The notes below the pieces were generated by a model. The model was not told the origin of the DNA and ran no database searches. It saw only the letters and a program-made list of their open reading frames with translations. From contig JABCTZ010000032.1 in the NCBI GenBank assembly GCA_018238155.1, positions 128,001 to 192,000 on the forward strand: a stretch of 64,000 nt of DNA, in the 5' to 3' direction. This document shows positions 27,544 through 38,227 of the stretch, piece by piece (the stretch's first letter is position 1; every line of letters begins with the position of its first letter). The translations under genes were made by a program, and so were the position numbers. The stretch is from Candidatus Heimdallarchaeota archaeon. Its GTDB lineage: Archaea; Asgardarchaeota; Heimdallarchaeia; JABLTI01.

Positions 27544-28968
27544 TTGTTCGATTTACTAAGATATGGTATCACTACTGGAGAAAAGTTAGGTGCAGCTTAC
27601 GTTGAAGCGCGTTTTGATGACCTACAACTTCGAACTCTAGTAAAAGAGAACCAAAAAATTAAGGAAACAAATCTCAACAGACGTAGAGGACTGGGAATAG
27701 TCGCCTATTATCAGGGTGTCCCAGGGTATTCCTTCACTGCGAGTTTAGAACGAAAGGCAGTAAAAGACTGTGCAAAAAATGCAGTGGGAATTGCAAAAGC
27801 TTCATCTAGTATTGCTAGTATAAAACTTGATTTTGATCGCAGAGAAAAAACAACAAAAGTACATGATCTTAAATTACCAATCAAAAAACATCCAAAGGAT
27901 TTTGATTTGGAATATAAAATCGATTTAATGAATCGTATTGAAACAACTGCACTTGCTGATGTTGACTGGGTTAAATCCTCAAGAGCTTTTTATGGAGAAT
28001 CTTATGGTAAAAAGGTCTTCATGAATAGCGATGGAGATGAGATTTCTTGGGAACCATTAGTTATCGACTTAAGAGTAGGATTAACTGCAGCAGGTTCAGG
28101 AGATAATCTCGTAAGTGGAGGAAATGGAAAAGGTGGCTCAAAGGGATTAGAGCTCTTTGATCTTAAAGAAAATACTCCTGAATACTTAGGAAAAGAAGTT
28201 CATAAATGGACAAATGAGCAACGAGAAGCGAAAGCTGCTCCTGCGGGAAAAAACCGAGCACTATGTGATAATAACTTAAGTGGTGTTTTAGCTCACGAAT
28301 CCTTTGGTCACTGTACAGAGGCAGATTTCATTTTGACAAATAGCTCTGCATTAAAGGATAAAATCGGTGTTAAAATTGGAACCGATATAGTGAATATTTA
28401 TGATGAAGGAACACCCGAAGGTGATTACAATAGTTTCTGGTTACCTTATGATGATGAAGGTACGAAAACAACAAAAACAGTTCTAGTAGAAAATGGTATA
28501 CTGAAAGGATACCTTCACAATAGATCTACAGCAAAAATGCTTGGAGCTGAACCATCTGGAAATGCAAGGGCAATACATTATCGTTTCAATCCAATTCAAA
28601 GAATGAAAAATACCTATTTTGCTCCTGGCAATCTAACTGAAGAAGAAGCTATTGAGCAACTTAAAGAAGGGATATATGCAATCCAAACATCTGGAGGGCA
28701 AGTGAATCCAAGTGACGGGACATTCCTGTTCAAAGCAAGAAGAGGATACTGGGTGGAGAATGGAGAAATTAAATATCCTATTAAAGATGTTACAATCAAA
28801 GGGGATATTTTAACGCTATTAACGAACGTTGAAGGATTAACAAAAGACTTAGAGATGTCTAGTGGATACTTTGGAGGATGTGGGAAAGGAGGACAATACC
28901 CATTACCTGTTGGTTTTGGCGCATCTAAGATACTTTTCTCCGAGGCAATTTTTGGAGGCGAACAATAA
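27544..28968 (+). CDS. tldD: TldD metalloprotease
   Basis: HESFGHCTEAD, YDDEG, SGNARA, RMKNTY, GCGKGGQ. Confidence 0.95.
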   Translation: MFDLLRYGITTGEKLGAAYVEARFDDLQLRTLVKENQKIKETNLNRRRGLGIVAYYQGVPGYSFTASLERKAVKDCAKNAVGIAKASSSIASIKLDFDRREKTTKVHDLKLPIKKHPKDFDLEYKIDLMNRIETTALADVDWVKSSRAFYGESYGKKVFMNSDGDEISWEPLVIDLRVGLTAAGSGDNLVSGGNGKGGSKGLELFDLKENTPEYLGKEVHKWTNEQREAKAAPAGKNRALCDNNLSGVLAHESFGHCTEADFILTNSSALKDKIGVKIGTDIVNIYDEGTPEGDYNSFWLPYDDEGTKTTKTVLVENGILKGYLHNRSTAKMLGAEPSGNARAIHYRFNPIQRMKNTYFAPGNLTEEEAIEQLKEGIYAIQTSGGQVNPSDGTFLFKARRGYWVENGEIKYPIKDVTIKGDILTLLTNVEGLTKDLEMSSGYFGGCGKGGQYPLPVGFGASKILFSEAIFGGEQ

Positions 28969-30329
28969 TGAATTTTGATACTTTAAAAGATGATCTTTTA
29001 TCCCTTGCTGATACAGGTTTAAACTATGCTAAAAGCAAAGGTGCTGAGCAAGCAGAAATTTATGTTAGCAGTATGCATAATATCAATATTAACAACCAAT
29101 CCGGTATGATTGAAGCCAAAGATGGTTTAAACGAAGGTATTGGTGTTCGTATTGCTATGGGTAAATACCTCGGTTTTGCTGCTATGAGTGGTTTAACAGA
29201 AGAAGCGTTAAAACATGCTGTATCTGAAGCAATGTCGGTAGCAAAGTCCGTGAAACAAGAAAACAAAGGTTTTGAGTCCTTTATTTCAAAAGGAAAAGTA
29301 GGCAAAGATGGTCTTCTTGATTCCAATATTGTTTCTATGTCTACTGAAGAGTTAGTTAATAGTGCTAATTTGGTTTTTCAAGATGCAAAAGATTTTGACA
29401 AAAGGGTTATCTCTCCCTCTGCTCAAGTTCAATCCTTCTATGGTGGACATGCAGTAGTAAATTCCGAAGGAGTTGCAGGTGCATCCAAAGCGACAGTTTT
29501 TGTCATTGTGACTTTCATCACTGCTGCAGAAGGTGAGAAGCGTAAGAGTGCTTTTGATTTCAAAGTAACTCGTGAAGTTCCTGAATTTGAAAATTTTGGT
29601 GCTAAAGCTGCTGAGAAAGCAGTAAAGCTTCTTGATTCAAAACCTATGGGACATACTGGAGTACTTCCCACTTTATGGAATCCAAATGTTATGTCTGGTT
29701 TCTGGCAAATGTCTCTTGCTCAATCTATCAATGGTAGGCAAGTTGTCGAGAAGAACAGTTATTTCATGGATAAGCTTGGCGATAAAGTTGGCATTGATAA
29801 ATTATCAATAACTGATGATGGACAATTACCTGAAGGTTTGAACACAACAGCAATTGATCATGAAGGTTCCACCAGACAAACTACACCTATTATTGAGAAA
29901 GGTGTTTTACGTTCCTTTTTATATGATAGTTATTACGGACGATTAGGTAAGGTTCAGAGTACTGGAAATGCTGACAGAGGTCAGGGATATGAAAGTACGC
30001 CAAATATCTCTTCATCTACAGTAGTTATCACTCCTGGAACAAAAAGCTTTGATAAAATGGTATCCAGCATCGATAAAGGTGTATATGTTATGGATAGTGT
30101 TATGGGTATGGGTCATTCAAACCTCATTTCTGGCGATTTCTCAGTTGTAGCGACATCTGCTTATTTGATAGAAAAAGGTGAAATCTCTCATCCTTTAGAA
30201 CCCATTACCATTGCCGGAAACCTTTACAAGAGCTTTAAGGATATCCAAACAATTGGTTCAGATTCAAAACTCTTACAAGCAGTTAAGACGCCTTCAATTT
30301 TATTTGATGGTTTTACTATTGTAGGTTAA
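28968..30329 (+). CDS. pmbA: TldE/PmbA protein
   Basis: DHEG, STGNA, SGDFS; lacks HExxH; overlaps the tldD stop codon. Confidence 0.93.
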   Translation: MNFDTLKDDLLSLADTGLNYAKSKGAEQAEIYVSSMHNININNQSGMIEAKDGLNEGIGVRIAMGKYLGFAAMSGLTEEALKHAVSEAMSVAKSVKQENKGFESFISKGKVGKDGLLDSNIVSMSTEELVNSANLVFQDAKDFDKRVISPSAQVQSFYGGHAVVNSEGVAGASKATVFVIVTFITAAEGEKRKSAFDFKVTREVPEFENFGAKAAEKAVKLLDSKPMGHTGVLPTLWNPNVMSGFWQMSLAQSINGRQVVEKNSYFMDKLGDKVGIDKLSITDDGQLPEGLNTTAIDHEGSTRQTTPIIEKGVLRSFLYDSYYGRLGKVQSTGNADRGQGYESTPNISSSTVVITPGTKSFDKMVSSIDKGVYVMDSVMGMGHSNLISGDFSVVATSAYLIEKGEISHPLEPITIAGNLYKSFKDIQTIGSDSKLLQAVKTPSILFDGFTIVG

Positions 30330-30337
30330 AAAAATAA

Positions 30338-30373
30338 CACCTCTGGAAATTCCCGAGGTGAAACAATTTTTTT
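30338..30373. terminator. Bidirectional hairpin terminator
   Basis: cacctc...gaggtg stem flanked by A and T runs. Confidence 0.55.
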
Positions 30374-31428
30374 TATCTTTTGCCACCACAAGCAGAGCAA
30401 ATTCGTTCGTATTTTTCAAATTTCTCGCCACAGAATGGACATTCATAAATGAAATTGTAGTCTTTATGTATATCTCGCACTGGAGTAATTTTTTTACCTT
30501 CCTCATCTGTAAGGATATCATCTTCAATTTCTTCTAATTTTTCTTCATCCTTTGAGGAAACACCATAATCAATTTTATTAAATCTTTTTTTAGCATAGAT
30601 AATTCCAATTAAAATTAAACTGTATATCCATTGAAAACCAAAAGAAGTACAAAAACCTACCAAGAAATTCTGAAAGAATGAATATCCAATACTCATATTT
30701 GACTCTGTTAAGGTTATAGTAAATGCCATCATACTTGAAGATGAAACTGATGATAAATTTACTTCATACTCAAGCATAAATCCATGTTTTGCAGAATAGA
30801 CGAGACGAAAATACCCAATAAATTCCTCGCCAAAATGTGTTTGAGAAACATGCCCTTGGAAAATATAAACATCTGCCCAAATACCTTGGAATGGATATTT
30901 GGTATGATGAGTAACATTTCTTCTTGGTATTGATGAGAGTGTAGTACTATATATATAGAATTCTTGTTGTTCTTTCCAATTGACAGAAATCATAGATATT
31001 GGTGCAATAATATCTGCAACCTTTAATGTGGTTGCAGAAGAATGATTTCCTTCAGTTCCAAGAGGCAACATTTTCAAAGCGTCATTTGGGTTAATAATTG
31101 GTGTTCCAACTCTATAACCACTATCTGAATAATTTAAATTGAAATCTCCATTAGATTGAACTTGAGCAACAGAAAGTTCAAAGCTATCAATATTTGCAAA
31201 AGCTACAACACTAAGACCAACAATGTCAGTTCCAGTATAGTTAAAATCCCATTTAAAAGCACTTCCTGCTTTTATGCCACCAACTACGATGGCTCCTTGA
31301 GATTCTGATATTGAAGAAATAGTTGTGCCTACTCCTAAGCATATCAAGATTACTAATGCTGTTTTTATAATCACAATATGTTGTTTCATTTCTCCCAAAT
31401 TCCATGGTTTTCTAATTAAATGATACAA
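30373..31428 (-). CDS. Single-pass surface protein with cytoplasmic zinc ribbon
   Basis: Signal peptide, beta-rich ectodomain, TM, CPFCG...CSACG. Confidence 0.7.
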   Translation of the reverse strand: MYHLIRKPWNLGEMKQHIVIIKTALVILICLGVGTTISSISESQGAIVVGGIKAGSAFKWDFNYTGTDIVGLSVVAFANIDSFELSVAQVQSNGDFNLNYSDSGYRVGTPIINPNDALKMLPLGTEGNHSSATTLKVADIIAPISMISVNWKEQQEFYIYSTTLSSIPRRNVTHHTKYPFQGIWADVYIFQGHVSQTHFGEEFIGYFRLVYSAKHGFMLEYEVNLSSVSSSSMMAFTITLTESNMSIGYSFFQNFLVGFCTSFGFQWIYSLILIGIIYAKKRFNKIDYGVSSKDEEKLEEIEDDILTDEEGKKITPVRDIHKDYNFIYECPFCGEKFEKYERICSACGGKR

Positions 31429-31502
31429 GTTAGAACATTTTTATATTTATTTCCTTAACTAACAAATATCTTCTTTTACAAAAATAGAGCTAAGAATTAG
31501 CT

Positions 31503-32342
31503 TTATTCTTTCAAATTCATATCTTTAATTAGCTTATTCATTCCATGAAGATATTTTAATAGATTGTTTTTAATTATATGAACATCACTTTGAATTTCCT
31601 TAATTTCTGCTTTAATATTTTCAATCTCTAAATCAATGATTTGTATTCTTTTCTGTAAACCAAATGTGCTTATTTCGTCGATTTTCTTCTCTTCCTTTGG
31701 TAATTGAAAGTTTATCTCAATTTCAGTGTTATTCTTTTCGTCCCGTTTGTGAAGATCTGAAGCTAATTTCTTGATTTTGGATGACTCTTTGCTTGCTTCA
31801 AAAAGTAGTTTTTCGGTTATTTTGTTGAATAATAGGTCAATATTTTCACCTGTTAATGCACTGGTATTAATATGTAATATTTCATGACCCATTTCCTTTG
31901 ATAAATTTTTCAGAAAACTCTTGAGATAATCATCATCTATATTTTTGTTGTTAATCAAATCGTACTTATTTCCAACTATAACAAATGTTTCGATTGAACC
32001 ATTGCTATTCTTTTTGACTTCTTTGACCCATTTTGGCAAGTTTGATAGCGTTTTATTATCTGTGATGTCATAGACCAACATTGCTGCTTGGCACCCTGAA
32101 TAAAAACTTGCACGAACTTTGTCGAATTTTTGTTGCCCTGCAAGATCGAAAATTTGATATTGCACGGTAAGATTATCTGACAATTTGATTCTCTTGGTTG
32201 CGAAATCGGCTCCGATAGTATAAATATACTCCTTAATTGTAGTTTCCCCTAAATATTTCCTTCTAATACTTGTCTTACCAACAGCAGGGTCACCAATAAT
32301 TACAATTTTCCAAATTAATTTTGCCAACTTTATCATTTCCAT
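31503..32342 (-). CDS. Rab-like small GTPase with coiled-coil C-terminal extension
   Basis: GDPAVGKT, YTIGADF, DLAGQ, GNKYD, TSALTG. Confidence 0.92.
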   Translation of the reverse strand: MEMIKLAKLIWKIVIIGDPAVGKTSIRRKYLGETTIKEYIYTIGADFATKRIKLSDNLTVQYQIFDLAGQQKFDKVRASFYSGCQAAMLVYDITDNKTLSNLPKWVKEVKKNSNGSIETFVIVGNKYDLINNKNIDDDYLKSFLKNLSKEMGHEILHINTSALTGENIDLLFNKITEKLLFEASKESSKIKKLASDLHKRDEKNNTEIEINFQLPKEEKKIDEISTFGLQKRIQIIDLEIENIKAEIKEIQSDVHIIKNNLLKYLHGMNKLIKDMNLKE

Positions 32343-32354
32343 TTTAACATTAGT

Positions 32355-33086
32355 TTATAATTTTAGCAGCCCTTTGATTTCTTTCAGTTTCTCATTTTTA
32401 ACTTTGATTTCATTTTTTAATTTACTTATTAATTCATTTTGGTCATTTATTGTAATATTCAAATGTTCGACCTTTTCACTTAATGCTTGTAATCTAGCAA
32501 TTTTATCTTCCAAAAGATTACTTATTTTTAGAATATTGGCTTCTGTGGCATCAGAATTTGCATTTTTAGTACCTTTTTCAATATGAGCAATTCTTTCTTC
32601 TAGTTCTTTTATTAATGCGTTCTTCTCTTCAAGCTCTTCTTGCTTTTGGACGATTTTATCTTGAAAGCTTCTTCCTAATTGATGTTGAACTTCAATATTT
32701 TCCTTCTCTTTTTTTCCAGTCATACTTCGTAAACGTCGAAAATCTCTGTCTCTAATTTGCAGTTCTTGCTCGAGATTAGTTCGTTCTAAACCAAAGGAAT
32801 GAAGTTTTTCATCAAGAACACCCAGCCGGTTTACCAAAGCTTCAGTAGATTTTGGATCAAGTTCTTCTACATTGTTTTTTGTTTTGGATAACCCATGATA
32901 CCACTCAAAGAGAACATCTTGCATAAGTGGATGAAGGTTTTGCCAGTTCGTTGCTACAATGACCCAAAAATGAGCTCCAGGTAGATCTGGATTTATCCTT
33001 TCTGAAGGTGGTTTGATACTTTTAGGATTTCTTCGTTGATATTCGGGAAGTGAATCCCACAAAGTTGAATTTTCGGATGGGTTCAT
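32355..33086 (-). CDS. Coiled-coil protein with small Trp-rich N-terminal domain
   Basis: Heptad-rich E/K/L C-terminal two thirds. Confidence 0.75.
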   Translation of the reverse strand: MNPSENSTLWDSLPEYQRRNPKSIKPPSERINPDLPGAHFWVIVATNWQNLHPLMQDVLFEWYHGLSKTKNNVEELDPKSTEALVNRLGVLDEKLHSFGLERTNLEQELQIRDRDFRRLRSMTGKKEKENIEVQHQLGRSFQDKIVQKQEELEEKNALIKELEERIAHIEKGTKNANSDATEANILKISNLLEDKIARLQALSEKVEHLNITINDQNELISKLKNEIKVKNEKLKEIKGLLKL

Positions 33087-33173
33087 GATAAACTCACTCT
33101 TATTTCATGATATTATAGTAATAAGATGGGATGCCCTATAAATTTTGTTTTGTATGATAATTTGAGCCCAATT

Positions 33174-33941
33174 TTACATTAAAATATTGAACGTTTTTTT
33201 AGCATTATTAAGAGTAATTTTTGCTACTTCTTCTTCGTCGATTTCCTTTAGTTTTGCGATTTCTTTTACTGCAAAGATAACGTATCCAGGTTCATTTCTT
33301 TTTAGTTCTGGGAATGGTGATAAATAAGGTGAATCTGTTTCGGTTAGTATATGTTCTATTGGTAAACTCTTTGCAAGTTTGCGATATTTCTTTCTGTTAG
33401 TAACAGCTGTTGGTATAGAAATAAAATATCCTCTATCAATGCACTCTTGTGCAGTTTCAACAGCTCCTGAAAAGCTATGCATTATGACTGGAACTTCTGC
33501 TGCGCAAAGATCTTCAACAGCATCTTCTTCTGCATCTCTGCTGTGAATTACTAAAGGTAATTGTAGTTCATTCGCAAGATCAATAAAACGTTGAAAAGTC
33601 TTGCGCTGTTTCTCTCGTAGATCTTGATCTTTAACCCAATAATAATCTAATCCAACTTCACCTATTGCAACAATATCCTTTTTTTCGCTGTGATACTTCA
33701 TCTGTTCAATTATTAGGTCGATATTTAATTTATGATACTGTGCAGGTGATACTCCTAGAGTAACAAAAATATTTGGAAATTGTCTATGATATTTAATCGA
33801 CTGGATGTAATTCTCCACATTAACAGGTGAATCAATGAAGGCAATAACTCCTTTTTCATCTGCATGTTTCAAAATATCGCTTAATTTTGCACCACGTTTT
33901 AGGATATGGTGTATGTGACAGTGAATATCTATTGCTTTCAT
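33174..33941 (-). CDS. tatD: TatD family nuclease
   Basis: DIHCH, AIGEVGLD, IHSR, MHSF, ETDSPY. Confidence 0.95.
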   Translation of the reverse strand: MKAIDIHCHIHHILKRGAKLSDILKHADEKGVIAFIDSPVNVENYIQSIKYHRQFPNIFVTLGVSPAQYHKLNIDLIIEQMKYHSEKKDIVAIGEVGLDYYWVKDQDLREKQRKTFQRFIDLANELQLPLVIHSRDAEEDAVEDLCAAEVPVIMHSFSGAVETAQECIDRGYFISIPTAVTNRKKYRKLAKSLPIEHILTETDSPYLSPFPELKRNEPGYVIFAVKEIAKLKEIDEEEVAKITLNNAKKTFNILM

Positions 33942-33943
33942 GA

Positions 33944-34957
33944 TTAACTCTTCTCGTAATCATTATTTAATCCTAACTTTGTTTTGTCAACTAATAACAT
34001 TAAATGACCAAACCATGTTCGCTGAAAACCTAGCTTCTTATAAAGTTTGATAGCTGGAATATTGCCCTCATCAACTCCTAGAACAACTTCGCTAATTCTT
34101 CGGATCTTCATCCTTGAAATATATTGACTTATCATTTGCCAAGCTATTCGTTTACCACGATATTCAGGTAAAACACCGATTTCTAAAATCATTCCTTTAT
34201 TATTTGTTGTTGCAGTTAACAACCCGGCACATAAATTATCTCTATATTTAGCTATTAAGCAATTTACTTCAAATCCTAATGATTCGAAAATTTCTTTTGT
34301 TCGATTCAGAAAGGATTTTGCAATTAATGGATCTCCAAGGTTTTCAATTTCATGAAGTAAATCTTTTGAATTGCCATATGCTTGACTAATTAGATTAACT
34401 ATATCATTACTAATTTCATTTGAAGAAATTATTTCTATATCCTTATTGAATTCACTTTTCTCTTCAAAAAAAGATGCTGTAGAGCAACTCATTTCTAATC
34501 GATATGATTTACTTTCAAAACCCATTTTTTCAAAAAAGGCCTGATAGATATTGATTTCTTTTTTATTTAGAGCCCAAGATTCTGACCAGATTTCCTTAAT
34601 ACCATTTTCAAAAGCATTCATTGTTCCTTTTTTCACTAATTTTCTGCCTATTCCTTTTCTCTGATATCTTGGATGAAGAAGAGGAAAATGACTTATGATT
34701 TTACTTGTTCCTGAAATAAAATATCTATCAAAACGAATTATACCTGCGGGAAAACCATCTATATATCCAATAAGAAGCTGTTCATCTGAAGTTTTAGCTT
34801 TTAAATCTTCAAGAAAAGACATTTTTACATCATATTCAGTAATATTTTGTCTGCTAAGATATCTCTTCATCCATTTACAACTCTTCATTCCTTTAAGAAA
34901 AATCATTGTCCAGTCATCTGCATGTTCTTCTGAAGCAGAGAAGATTTGTAAATCCAT
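33944..34957 (-). CDS. Tandem GNAT acetyltransferase
   Basis: Two motif-A segments (PRYQRKGIG; PEYRGKRIA) and NIPAIKLYKKLGF. Confidence 0.85.
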   Translation of the reverse strand: MDLQIFSASEEHADDWTMIFLKGMKSCKWMKRYLSRQNITEYDVKMSFLEDLKAKTSDEQLLIGYIDGFPAGIIRFDRYFISGTSKIISHFPLLHPRYQRKGIGRKLVKKGTMNAFENGIKEIWSESWALNKKEINIYQAFFEKMGFESKSYRLEMSCSTASFFEEKSEFNKDIEIISSNEISNDIVNLISQAYGNSKDLLHEIENLGDPLIAKSFLNRTKEIFESLGFEVNCLIAKYRDNLCAGLLTATTNNKGMILEIGVLPEYRGKRIAWQMISQYISRMKIRRISEVVLGVDEGNIPAIKLYKKLGFQRTWFGHLMLLVDKTKLGLNNDYEKS

Positions 34958-35149
34958 TTTTTCTTCAGCCTATATGTTTCGTATCCGAGACCTTGTTTAA
35001 TTTATTTAATATTCTTTATAATGAAACTTCTTGAATCCTTCTCTCAGTTTGTGTTACTAGTAGCTAACTAACCACTCAGTTTTTAAGGAGGATATATCTC
35101 AATGTTTGTGAGATAGTCAGAATTGCATCAAGAAATGAGGTAAATTAAG

Positions 35150-36289
35150 ATGATCAAATTTGTTGATCCACAAGTTGGAGACGAAGAAAAAAAAGCAGTC
35201 AATGCTGTTATTGATTCTAAATATTTGGCAGAAGGACCTGTTGCTAGAGAATTTGAAAAAATGTACTTAGACTATACTGGAGCGAAATATGCTATTGTAA
35301 CTTCAAATGGTACAACCGCTCTTCATCTTGCAATAGAAGCATCTGGAATTAAACCTGGGGATGAAGTAATAACTACTCCTTTTACATTTATTGCGTCAAG
35401 TAATAGTATTTTATTTAATGGAGCAGTACCTATTTTTGCAGACATTGATCCTGAGACTTATAATCTAGATCCTGAAAAAGTAAAAGAAAAAATAACTAAG
35501 AAAACAAAAGCTATTATGCCTGTACATATCTTTGGTAATCCTTGTGATATGAAAGCATTAAAGGAAATTGCCGATGAACATGATTTAATTTTACTTGAAG
35601 ATGCTTGTCAAGCTCATGGTGCTAAAGTAGATGGTAAACATGCCGGAACTTTGGGCGATGTGGGTTGTTTTTCGTTTTATGCATCAAAGAATCTAACATT
35701 TGGTGAAGGTGGTTTAATTCTAACGGATAATGAAGAATTAAAAGATAGTATCATGTGTTTGCGAAACCATGGAAGAACACCAAAAGGTGGGTATCACCAC
35801 ATTCGCATTGGTTATAATTATCGCTCAAATAATCTGGTAGCTGCAGTTGGCGTTGAACAATTAAAGAAACTGCCAAAAATGCTAGATACACGAAAAAGAA
35901 ATGCCGGAATCTTACAAAAAGAACTAGCGGATTTAAATGGATTTGCTTTACAAAAGGTCCTAAAAGGGCATGAACATGCTTGGTATATAGCTGCGGGAAG
36001 AACGGATAGGAAAGATCTACCTGCAACTAAAATTGTTGAAGAATTAAAAGCTAATGATATTGGCTCGAGACAAATTTATTCTGTTCCTTCTTACAAACAA
36101 CCTGCTTATACTAAAATAAACGATTACTACTACTGGGCAAAATTCGTTAAATTCCCAGATTATAGCAAAGTAAGCTGTCCAATTACAGAACGAATTGGTA
36201 GAGATCATTTTCAAATACCAATTAATCCAGGTGTAACTGAAGAAAATATGTACCATATTGTGGATACATTGCGAAAAATCTTTGGTTAA
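35150..36289 (+). CDS. DegT/DnrJ/EryC1/StrS PLP aminotransferase
   Basis: SNGTTALH, EDACQAHG, FSFYASKNL, GYNYR. Confidence 0.95.
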   Translation: MIKFVDPQVGDEEKKAVNAVIDSKYLAEGPVAREFEKMYLDYTGAKYAIVTSNGTTALHLAIEASGIKPGDEVITTPFTFIASSNSILFNGAVPIFADIDPETYNLDPEKVKEKITKKTKAIMPVHIFGNPCDMKALKEIADEHDLILLEDACQAHGAKVDGKHAGTLGDVGCFSFYASKNLTFGEGGLILTDNEELKDSIMCLRNHGRTPKGGYHHIRIGYNYRSNNLVAAVGVEQLKKLPKMLDTRKRNAGILQKELADLNGFALQKVLKGHEHAWYIAAGRTDRKDLPATKIVEELKANDIGSRQIYSVPSYKQPAYTKINDYYYWAKFVKFPDYSKVSCPITERIGRDHFQIPINPGVTEENMYHIVDTLRKIFG

Positions 36290-36333
36290 TAAACGAGTAG
36301 AGAATTAGTTGCTATTAATTGCATAGCAATAAT

Positions 36334-36711
36334 TTACTTCTCATTTTTCTTCTTTTGATAATCTTCAATTGCTCTATGTAAGGCATCAACAGCTAAATTA
36401 CTACAATGCATTTTATGTGAAGGTAATCCTTGTAATTCATTAGCAACATCATCTCGAGTCATTGCTAAACCTTCTTTCAATGTTCTTCCTTTTGCCATTA
36501 CTGTTGTCATGCTGCTAGTAGCTATTGCTGACGCACAGCCGAAGGTTCTGAATTTAATATCCTCAATTTTATCCTCTTTAACTTTTATAGTGATTTCCAT
36601 TGTATCCCCACAAACAGGATTGCCTACGATACCTCTTCCATCCGCATCTTCGATTAGTCCAACATTCTGTGGTTTGGAAAAATGTTCCATGACTTTTTTA
36701 CTGTATAACAT
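36334..36711 (-). CDS. iscU: Fe-S cluster scaffold, IscU/NifU-N type
   Basis: YS.KVMEHF..P.NVG, NPVCGD, FGCASAIA, KMHCS. Confidence 0.95.
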   Translation of the reverse strand: MLYSKKVMEHFSKPQNVGLIEDADGRGIVGNPVCGDTMEITIKVKEDKIEDIKFRTFGCASAIATSSMTTVMAKGRTLKEGLAMTRDDVANELQGLPSHKMHCSNLAVDALHRAIEDYQKKKNEK

Positions 36712-36797
36712 TTTTTTTACCTGCTATATTATTTCTTGTCTCATGTTTTAATAAACCAATTCTATTTTTAAAGACTTAAATAGAATATATCTTAATA

Positions 36798-38024
36798 CTA
36801 GTCATGACCTTCATCTTTTAAGCTCATAACAAATTCTTCTGTGTCCTTCCGAAAGGCAGACATTTCTCTTAAACCTTTCACTACTTCTGGAACTATTTTT
36901 AAAACATAATCAATATCTTCATTGGTAGTCCATCTACCAAGAGTTAAGCGTAATGACCCATGTGCAATTTCTGGTCTCAAACCAATTGCTAATAATACAT
37001 GAGATGCACTTAGTTTCTTCGTTGAGCATGCTGACCCTGTTGAAGCATAAATTCCTTGAGCATCTAATCGTAAAATCATTGCTTCTCCTTCAATATATTT
37101 GAAGGAAATATTGGCGTTATGAGGTAGACGTTTCATTCTATGCCCATTAAGTCGCGTATCCTCAACAGTCAAAAAATAGTCAATGAGCTTATCTCTCATT
37201 TTGGTTGACTTTGTCTGTTCTTGTGGTAAATATTTTTCAGCCAATTCTGCTGCTTTGCCCAAACCAACAATTCCTGAAATATTTTCAGTTCCAGATCTGA
37301 ACCCTTTTTCGTGACCCCCACCATGCATCAAAGGTTCTAATCGGATTCCTTGCTTTTTGTAAAGAGCTCCTACTCCTTTTGGTCCATATAATTTATGTGA
37401 GCTCAAGGATAACAAATCAATTCCTAATTCCTCTACATCAACAGGAATCTTTCCAACTGTTTGTACTGCATCTGTGTGAAAGATTGCACCAGCTTCATGT
37501 GTGATTTCAGCCAATTCTTTTATTGGTTCAATGGTACCAATTTCATTGTTAGCGTGCATTATTGAAACTAAAGCAGTTTCTTTTGTAATAGCATTTTTCA
37601 AATCTTCTAAAGAAATTAGACCGAATTCATCAACAGGTAAATACGTAACCTTTATTCCTAATTTTTCAAGATAATTACTTGTGTTAAGAATTGCTGGGTG
37701 CTCAATTTCAGAAGTAATCATGTGCTTCTTTTCGTTTTTTCTGTTTAGCATTACACCTTTGAGTGCAGTATTATCACCTTCAGTTCCACCTGAATTGAAT
37801 ATTATTTCCTTGATTGACTTTGCTCCAATCAAACTTGCAACACGTTCTCTTGCTTGGAGCAAGGCAACATTTGCATTTTGACCAAGAGAATACATTTGAG
37901 AAGCATTACCATATTCTTCTGAAAAGAATTTCAGCATTTCACCCTTGACTTCTGGATCAACTGGTGTCGTTGCACTATTATCCATATACACTTGTCTTAC
38001 TTCTGACACGATACCACACAGCAT
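36798..38024 (-). CDS. iscS: Cysteine desulfurase (group I)
   Basis: YMDNSATT, HTDAVQ, SSHKLYGPKG, STGSAC. Confidence 0.95.
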   Translation of the reverse strand: MLCGIVSEVRQVYMDNSATTPVDPEVKGEMLKFFSEEYGNASQMYSLGQNANVALLQARERVASLIGAKSIKEIIFNSGGTEGDNTALKGVMLNRKNEKKHMITSEIEHPAILNTSNYLEKLGIKVTYLPVDEFGLISLEDLKNAITKETALVSIMHANNEIGTIEPIKELAEITHEAGAIFHTDAVQTVGKIPVDVEELGIDLLSLSSHKLYGPKGVGALYKKQGIRLEPLMHGGGHEKGFRSGTENISGIVGLGKAAELAEKYLPQEQTKSTKMRDKLIDYFLTVEDTRLNGHRMKRLPHNANISFKYIEGEAMILRLDAQGIYASTGSACSTKKLSASHVLLAIGLRPEIAHGSLRLTLGRWTTNEDIDYVLKIVPEVVKGLREMSAFRKDTEEFVMSLKDEGHD

Positions 38025-38227
38025 TTTGTTTTATATATTCAAAGTTTGTTACTAATTATGAAAAGGTGCTGATTCAATTTCTTAAGTTTTTGAACCGTTC
38101 CTCTTTCTAAATGTAACATTTTCTGTTTTATTACTAATTACTGTAAGTTGTTTCAATAAAAATTTTTTTAGCTCTTTTAAGAAATATTTAAACAGCTCTT
38201 AATTATCAATAACAATCAGAAGGAACA

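Noticed and set aside
36709-36744. In-frame upstream ATG...TAG before iscU (possible amber read-through)
   Set aside because: IscU is complete from ATG 36711 with its own AGGT RBS; no pyl genes in the window
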